Origin: an uncultured Eubacteriaceae bacterium
GTDB taxonomy: Bacteria; Bacillota; Clostridia; Lachnospirales; Lachnospiraceae
Direction: 5' to 3'
Length of the DNA stretch: 64,000 nucleotides
NCBI GenBank assembly: GCA_945938055.1
Contig: CAMEUH010000001.1
Span: forward strand, 1,807 to 65,806
Shown here: piece by piece, positions 59,687 through 64,000 of the stretch
Numbering within the stretch: the stretch's first letter is position 1
Layout: each line of letters opens with the position of its first letter
Notes under the pieces: generated by a model
Databases searched by the model: none
What the model saw: only the letters and a program-made list of their open reading frames with translations
Told to the model about the DNA's origin: nothing
Translations under genes and position numbers: made by a program

Positions 59687-59855
59687 TCTGTCTCTTGTAC
59701 CTGAAAGATTTATCATCTGATGATATTGCTTCTTCGGTGCATTATATGCTCTCCAGAGTCTCGTCCAGACATGGTCCTTTTTGCCTGAGAGTTTACGCGT
59801 CTTCCCCTTCGGCGCCGAAAAATGGCATTACTTACCACCTTCATCCGGTCTCTCC
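59687..59855 (-). ncRNA. Tandem glycine riboswitch (two aptamers)
   Basis: Aptamer 1: GGGAGAGACC...GGCGCCGAAGGGGAAG...CTCTCAGGCAAAAAGGAC. Aptamer 2: CTCTGGAGAGC...GCACCGAAGAAGCAA...CTTTCAGGTACAAGAGACAGAG. Both match the conserved glycine-aptamer cores. Confidence 0.9.
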
Positions 59856-59890
59856 CATGTCCTTCATCCGACATTTTCACTTATTATTAA

Positions 59891-59919
59891 GTTATAACTG
59901 ATAACTTTTTCCTTGTCAA
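59891..59919 (-). promoter_or_regulatory. Sigma-A promoter driving the glycine riboswitch and fhs
   Basis: Minus strand TTGACA, 17 nt, TATAAC. The -35 overlaps the stop codon of the upstream gene. Confidence 0.65.
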
Positions 59920-62291
59920 TGGATAAGTGATTTTTCCGCAGAATCTAAAGTTTCATATCCATATAGCTTTGCTGTGTTTTCCATTGTAAGTCTTGCAAGA
60001 TTCTTTCCTTCCTTTGCAAGCTGTGCCACAAATCTCCCATAAAGCACCAGCATTTCTTCTGAATATGTTCCAAGCTCTCCACGAAGGTAAGTCTCATAAG
60101 AAGTATTGAATACCCGATCCTCCGATGTATGGATACTCCTTGCATTTCCTGCCATATTCGGATATTCTTTCGAAAATTCTTCCATCCATGCTACCTGAAT
60201 CTTAATGATTTCCTCCATGATTTGCTTCTGCTCCTCTGGAATCACCGGGAAAGCATCCTTGATCTTCTCATACTCCCATGGAACCGTACTTTCCATCATC
60301 CTTCCATATTTTTCAGTAATCAGGTTTCTCCCGGACTGTCTGCAGGATTCAAAATATTCCATGAACACAGTAAGCATTTCATCCGTCCATGTCATGTACT
60401 GGCTTTTTCTCATAATGGAAAAAGTATCCCAGTCATCCTGACAGTCTGCTCTTCCTCCTTCATTCTGCACCTTATCAAATTCTTCCCATTCCATCTTGAC
60501 AATCGCATCAATCTTATCCTGTCTTGTCATCTTATCACCCTTCTTTACTTCTTCTTGTTGTTCCATACGTAACGCCACTTCCCGCGCCTGTGCCTCCAAA
60601 TAAACTTCACCGGATGAGGTAAGTTTCATTTCAGATAACTTTTGTACAATCAGTCTCGCTATAATTTCAATGCTCATTGCCACCATGTCATTCGGATTCA
60701 CATTCCCATTATAACGATAATCTTTCCACGCTTCCCGCTGTGACGGCATATCACCAATCGCCGTAAGAATATCTCCTATTTCCGGCAATACAGGAAGAGA
60801 CGCCATCGCTGTATGTCTCCATTTATAATATGGGGCAAATTTGCGATTCAGTAAAAAGACCAGCTGCATCACACTTTGCATATATTCCGACAATGCAATT
60901 CCTGCCGTCACATAATCCTTCCGTGCCATGCACCTTCCATAATTATACTGTCCGGCCTGGGCACATTTCATCAATTCCCGTGCTATTTTTTCCAGCCAGA
61001 CATTTCTTGGGTAATAATGTAATAAATATTCTCTTTTTTCCGTAAATATGCCTTCCGGGTCCGTAAAAACCCTTCCGTTGACTGCCGCCGCCAGACCATA
61101 TTCCTCCGTTGCCCTCCAGTCCTCCTCCGTTACCGGAATCTTCCTTCCAAGCACACGTTCAAAAAAATCATCCAGCACAACCGCACCGCACCGATGACGT
61201 CCCATTGCTGTTTCACTCCGGATTCTTCCAGCAAAAACTTTCGGAAGCTTTTCATATTCTTCATTTAGTTTTCCACCGATGGCATCAAAAACGTCCTGTG
61301 TCATCCACATTGCAAAACCCGGTCCACAGTCATGGTCTGTGGATATCTCATCATCAAAGCCAAAACACTCCGAGCCTTCCCCACACAATCCAACTGCAAT
61401 CTTATCCACATATTGTGGAAATTTTTCGGAAATCATCTTCTTTCCATGGATTTCGTAGTAATCCTCACACAAATCCAGCATGTTATCATACGTTTTTCTT
61501 CCCGCTTTTTCATAAGCTTTCATGAGATTTTCCCGAATCGTCTGATAATTAGCTGTCATCCCTGCTGTTTCATGCATGTTAAGAAGCGCTTCCTCATAAT
61601 AACAAACTGCCTTTTCATAATCTTCCTTAATAAGATACAATTCTCCAAGGGCATTCGCACATCCGCAGTAATGATAATCCTTTTTCTCCGTCCGGGCAAA
61701 AATCTCCTCAGCCTGTAAAAGACTTTCCTCAGCCTCAAAAACCTTTCCCATGGAAAGATATACCTGCCCCAGATTCGTATAGGTAACCGCAAGTTCAATC
61801 ACAGCATCCGGATGCATTTTTACAATTTCCAGTGCACGGCTTAAGCTTTCACTTGCCTTCTCCCATTGCCCATCTGCCTGAAAAAGCAGGCTCATGTTGT
61901 TATAAAGACTGGCAAAACGAAAATCCTCCGGCATAAGTTCTTTCCGGTAAATACACTCCACCTTCTGATATGCGTCCTCTGATTCCTTAAGTTTTCCCAT
62001 GGCACGATAAGCGTTTGCCGCGTTGAGAAGAGTCGTACCGTGAGAAAGACTTTCCTCCAGTCCACATTTTCTAATTAATTCCAGTGCCTTCTCCACCGTC
62101 TCTTCTGCCTTATCATATTCCGTAAACTCCCGGTAATATCCAATCAACTCATTCAGGATACTGAGTGCAGCACCTTCATCCGGTTCTTCCTGTGCAATTT
62201 TAAGCTGATCCACAAGATATGGTTCTACCTTATCCAACTGATTTGTGGCAAATAATTCATCCAGTCTGCCAAGCATTCTATCCACATTCAT
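59916..62291 (-). CDS. TPR-repeat protein with two C-terminal domains of unknown function (DUF4037/DUF4125-like, tentative)
   Basis: 791 aa. N-terminal ~270 aa are TPR-like (repeated A..Y...G......A...). The middle and C-terminal domains have no catalytic motif I can name. Confidence 0.6.
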   Translation of the reverse strand: MNVDRMLGRLDELFATNQLDKVEPYLVDQLKIAQEEPDEGAALSILNELIGYYREFTEYDKAEETVEKALELIRKCGLEESLSHGTTLLNAANAYRAMGKLKESEDAYQKVECIYRKELMPEDFRFASLYNNMSLLFQADGQWEKASESLSRALEIVKMHPDAVIELAVTYTNLGQVYLSMGKVFEAEESLLQAEEIFARTEKKDYHYCGCANALGELYLIKEDYEKAVCYYEEALLNMHETAGMTANYQTIRENLMKAYEKAGRKTYDNMLDLCEDYYEIHGKKMISEKFPQYVDKIAVGLCGEGSECFGFDDEISTDHDCGPGFAMWMTQDVFDAIGGKLNEEYEKLPKVFAGRIRSETAMGRHRCGAVVLDDFFERVLGRKIPVTEEDWRATEEYGLAAAVNGRVFTDPEGIFTEKREYLLHYYPRNVWLEKIARELMKCAQAGQYNYGRCMARKDYVTAGIALSEYMQSVMQLVFLLNRKFAPYYKWRHTAMASLPVLPEIGDILTAIGDMPSQREAWKDYRYNGNVNPNDMVAMSIEIIARLIVQKLSEMKLTSSGEVYLEAQAREVALRMEQQEEVKKGDKMTRQDKIDAIVKMEWEEFDKVQNEGGRADCQDDWDTFSIMRKSQYMTWTDEMLTVFMEYFESCRQSGRNLITEKYGRMMESTVPWEYEKIKDAFPVIPEEQKQIMEEIIKIQVAWMEEFSKEYPNMAGNARSIHTSEDRVFNTSYETYLRGELGTYSEEMLVLYGRFVAQLAKEGKNLARLTMENTAKLYGYETLDSAEKSLIH

Positions 62292-62302
62292 AATATATTC
62301 CT

Positions 62303-63193
62303 CTAACTCTGATAATATTGTGCCGTAACCGCCATTCCTTCTTCAATCGGAGTATAACGGATACCCAGTTCTTCCACACGGCTTCCGTTATACCATTCTG
62401 ACTCTTCTTTTGTCAGTGGAAACGGAAGAGAAATTCCTTTCTCCAGAACTTCCCCAACCGAAATTTCTACCTTTTCAAAAGATAGTTCCATCACGTTCTC
62501 CAACAGTATGGCAAAATCCTCATACGTCATGCTTTCCGGATTACAAAGATTATAAGCACGATTATATGCCTTCGGATTTCCACATGCCGCAAGAATCGCC
62601 TTTGCCACATCCAGTACAAATACCATCTGAAACTCCCCTGTTGCATCATACGGATGGAGAATCTGTCCTGCGGTCAGTATCCATTTAAAATACACCGATT
62701 CCCTTGGTGCATAATTATCCGGTCCATAAATAAATGCCGGACGAATAGACGTAAATGCTACATTTTTTTCTCTGCAGCACCGTTCAAGTTCTTTCTCCAA
62801 AAGTACCTTTCCAGCAATATAATCTCCTGCCTGTCCGCCAAAATACCGTTCTTCCAATTCGCCATCCTCATTCATGACCTTTCCGGTTCCGCGCCGGTAT
62901 ACATCACAGGTACTCACAAAAATATACTGTTGAAAATCAGCCTTCAGATTCTTTATGATTGTCTCAATATCACCCTTCTGATAAGCACAAAAGTCCACAA
63001 TCACGTCAAAATATTCTTCCGGAATGGCCGCAATGGCCCCAACATCATGCCGGTCCATTACATATTCCACAATATCTTCTTCCTCAAATGGCTGGTTTCC
63101 ACGATTTAAAAGATACAATTCATGATGTCCTTCTGCCAGTCTTGTAAAAGTCTTTCCCAGAAAATAACTTCCTCCCAGAACAAGAATTTTCAT
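62303..63193 (-). CDS. NAD-dependent epimerase/dehydratase family protein
   Basis: MKILVLGGSYFLGKTF Rossmann start, 296 aa. Confidence 0.8.
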   Translation of the reverse strand: MKILVLGGSYFLGKTFTRLAEGHHELYLLNRGNQPFEEEDIVEYVMDRHDVGAIAAIPEEYFDVIVDFCAYQKGDIETIIKNLKADFQQYIFVSTCDVYRRGTGKVMNEDGELEERYFGGQAGDYIAGKVLLEKELERCCREKNVAFTSIRPAFIYGPDNYAPRESVYFKWILTAGQILHPYDATGEFQMVFVLDVAKAILAACGNPKAYNRAYNLCNPESMTYEDFAILLENVMELSFEKVEISVGEVLEKGISLPFPLTKEESEWYNGSRVEELGIRYTPIEEGMAVTAQYYQS

Positions 63194-63199
63194 CTCTTC

Positions 63200-64000
63200 C
63201 TATCTCCTTTCCTGCGGTTCTCTTAAAAACTCTCCTGCAAAATTCTTTTTAATCTCTAAAAACTCTTCCAGCCTGCGAAGCAGGGAATATAACTGTGCCC
63301 TGTCTTCAAATTCACTACGTCTGACCGGAAGAGGTTCTTTCTTCATTCCTTCATCCAGTTCATGAAAGCGGATCAGCAGTTCATCCGCTGTATTTTCCTT
63401 ATGATACTCACTCGACACCAGAAGAAGAAATTCTGAAATATTCTCTGCCTGTACCGGTGTCGTCCGAAGCGTTCTTGCATTTTTATACATTTCATAAAGG
63501 ACCTGATACTGTTGTTCCCGCATCCGGATATATTCCAGGTCAAAAACATCACTCTTTCCAAACTGATTCTTATAATTAACCTCTGCCTGATTCTTTGCCT
63601 TCCGAAGATACTGTGATAATACCTGAAAACATTCTCCATTATAATCCGACATGTCTTTTGTCATGATACGCTCCGCCATTCGTGCCAGAATCTTCTTTAT
63701 CTGATTATCCGCCTGTTCCTTTAACTCCTCAATTGTCACAACATCCTTTTTAAGATGCATGTTTGCCACGATTCCCGCACTGACTCCCAGAAGAAAAATT
63801 AACAGCTCATTGATAATCATCCCCATTTCCATGTTCCCCTTTGAGAGAAAATGGGAAATCAACACAGAATCCATTGCCATGGCACTATTCCATCCAAATC
63901 TCAGGCATACCATAATGAAAAAGAACAAATACACTCCATAGGCAGCAACCGAAAACCCCATAAACAGAAAACAGACATATGCAATTACCAGCGCACAAAG
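63200..64000 (-). CDS. Membrane protein, C-terminal part (FUSC/aromatic-acid-exporter-like, tentative); 5' end outside the window
   Basis: The frame stays open and hydrophobic to position 64000 (LCALVIAYVCFLF...). TM helices are followed by a ~170-aa helical cytoplasmic tail. Confidence 0.55.
   Translation of the reverse strand, partial: LCALVIAYVCFLFMGFSVAAYGVYLFFFIMVCLRFGWNSAMAMDSVLISHFLSKGNMEMGMIINELLIFLLGVSAGIVANMHLKKDVVTIEELKEQADNQIKKILARMAERIMTKDMSDYNGECFQVLSQYLRKAKNQAEVNYKNQFGKSDVFDLEYIRMREQQYQVLYEMYKNARTLRTTPVQAENISEFLLLVSSEYHKENTADELLIRFHELDEGMKKEPLPVRRSEFEDRAQLYSLLRRLEEFLEIKKNFAGEFLREPQERR

Noticed and set aside
59652-59860. ZTP (pfl), THF or T-box element upstream of fhs
   Set aside because: These were considered first because ZTP and THF riboswitches are commonly linked to folate and C1 genes. 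The sequence lacks their conserved cores and matches the GGAGAG / CACCGAAGG / CTCAGGCAAAAGGAC glycine-aptamer cores twice.
1-64000. CRISPR arrays, tRNA genes, rRNA genes, IS elements
   Set aside because: I scanned for regularly spaced repeats, cloverleaf-like GC-rich ~75-nt blocks and transposase-like ORFs. None was seen. The only short tandem repeats are AT-rich promoter-proximal ones.

Overview
Chromosomal segment from a low-GC Gram-positive anaerobe, probably a spore-forming Clostridia or Lachnospiraceae-like organism. That placement is inferred from gene order, dpaAB, fhs and the ECF module. About 90% of genes lie on the minus strand. The core (19.6-40.4 kb) is the contiguous S10-spc-alpha ribosomal protein supercluster: rpsJ to rplQ including secY, adk, map, infA, rpmJ and rpoA. 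It is followed, as in other Firmicutes, by ecfA1-ecfA2-ecfT, truA and rplM-rpsI. I corrected many ORF-track starts using RBS position, and added rpmJ (GTG start), which the track missed. The 5' flank (0-19.5 kb) holds a GntR/ABC module, Cu/Zn-SOD, a split HipA-like toxin-antitoxin pair, a DUF2339-like membrane protein, an SDR, a lipoprotein, dpaAB and asnB. It also holds a MerR(GyrI-like)-UvrA2 pair with a textbook MerR operator, a methyltransferase, GH5 plus AraC, and a K+ channel-NUDIX-nitroreductase fusion. The 3' flank (40.7-64 kb) begins with an aldose epimerase, an ECF sigma factor at the end of a membrane-protein operon, and an AT-rich lineage-specific island. The island contains membrane-tethered XRE regulators, small secreted proteins, tandem paralogs and a 21-bp motif present three times. 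Further on are an ABC-F gene broken by an in-frame TAG, and a five-gene cluster of permuted ATP-grasp, alpha-E, transglutaminase and two AstE/AspA-like proteins. The flank ends with an Sfp-type PPTase, fhs behind a tandem glycine riboswitch, a TPR/DUF protein, an epimerase and a truncated membrane protein. No tRNA, rRNA, CRISPR array, transposase or integrase was seen. The best candidates for undescribed biology are the 45.2-49.3 kb island with its shared motif and link to the ECF operon, and the ATP-grasp/AstE cluster. All functional calls rest on motif recognition by eye; no database search was possible.
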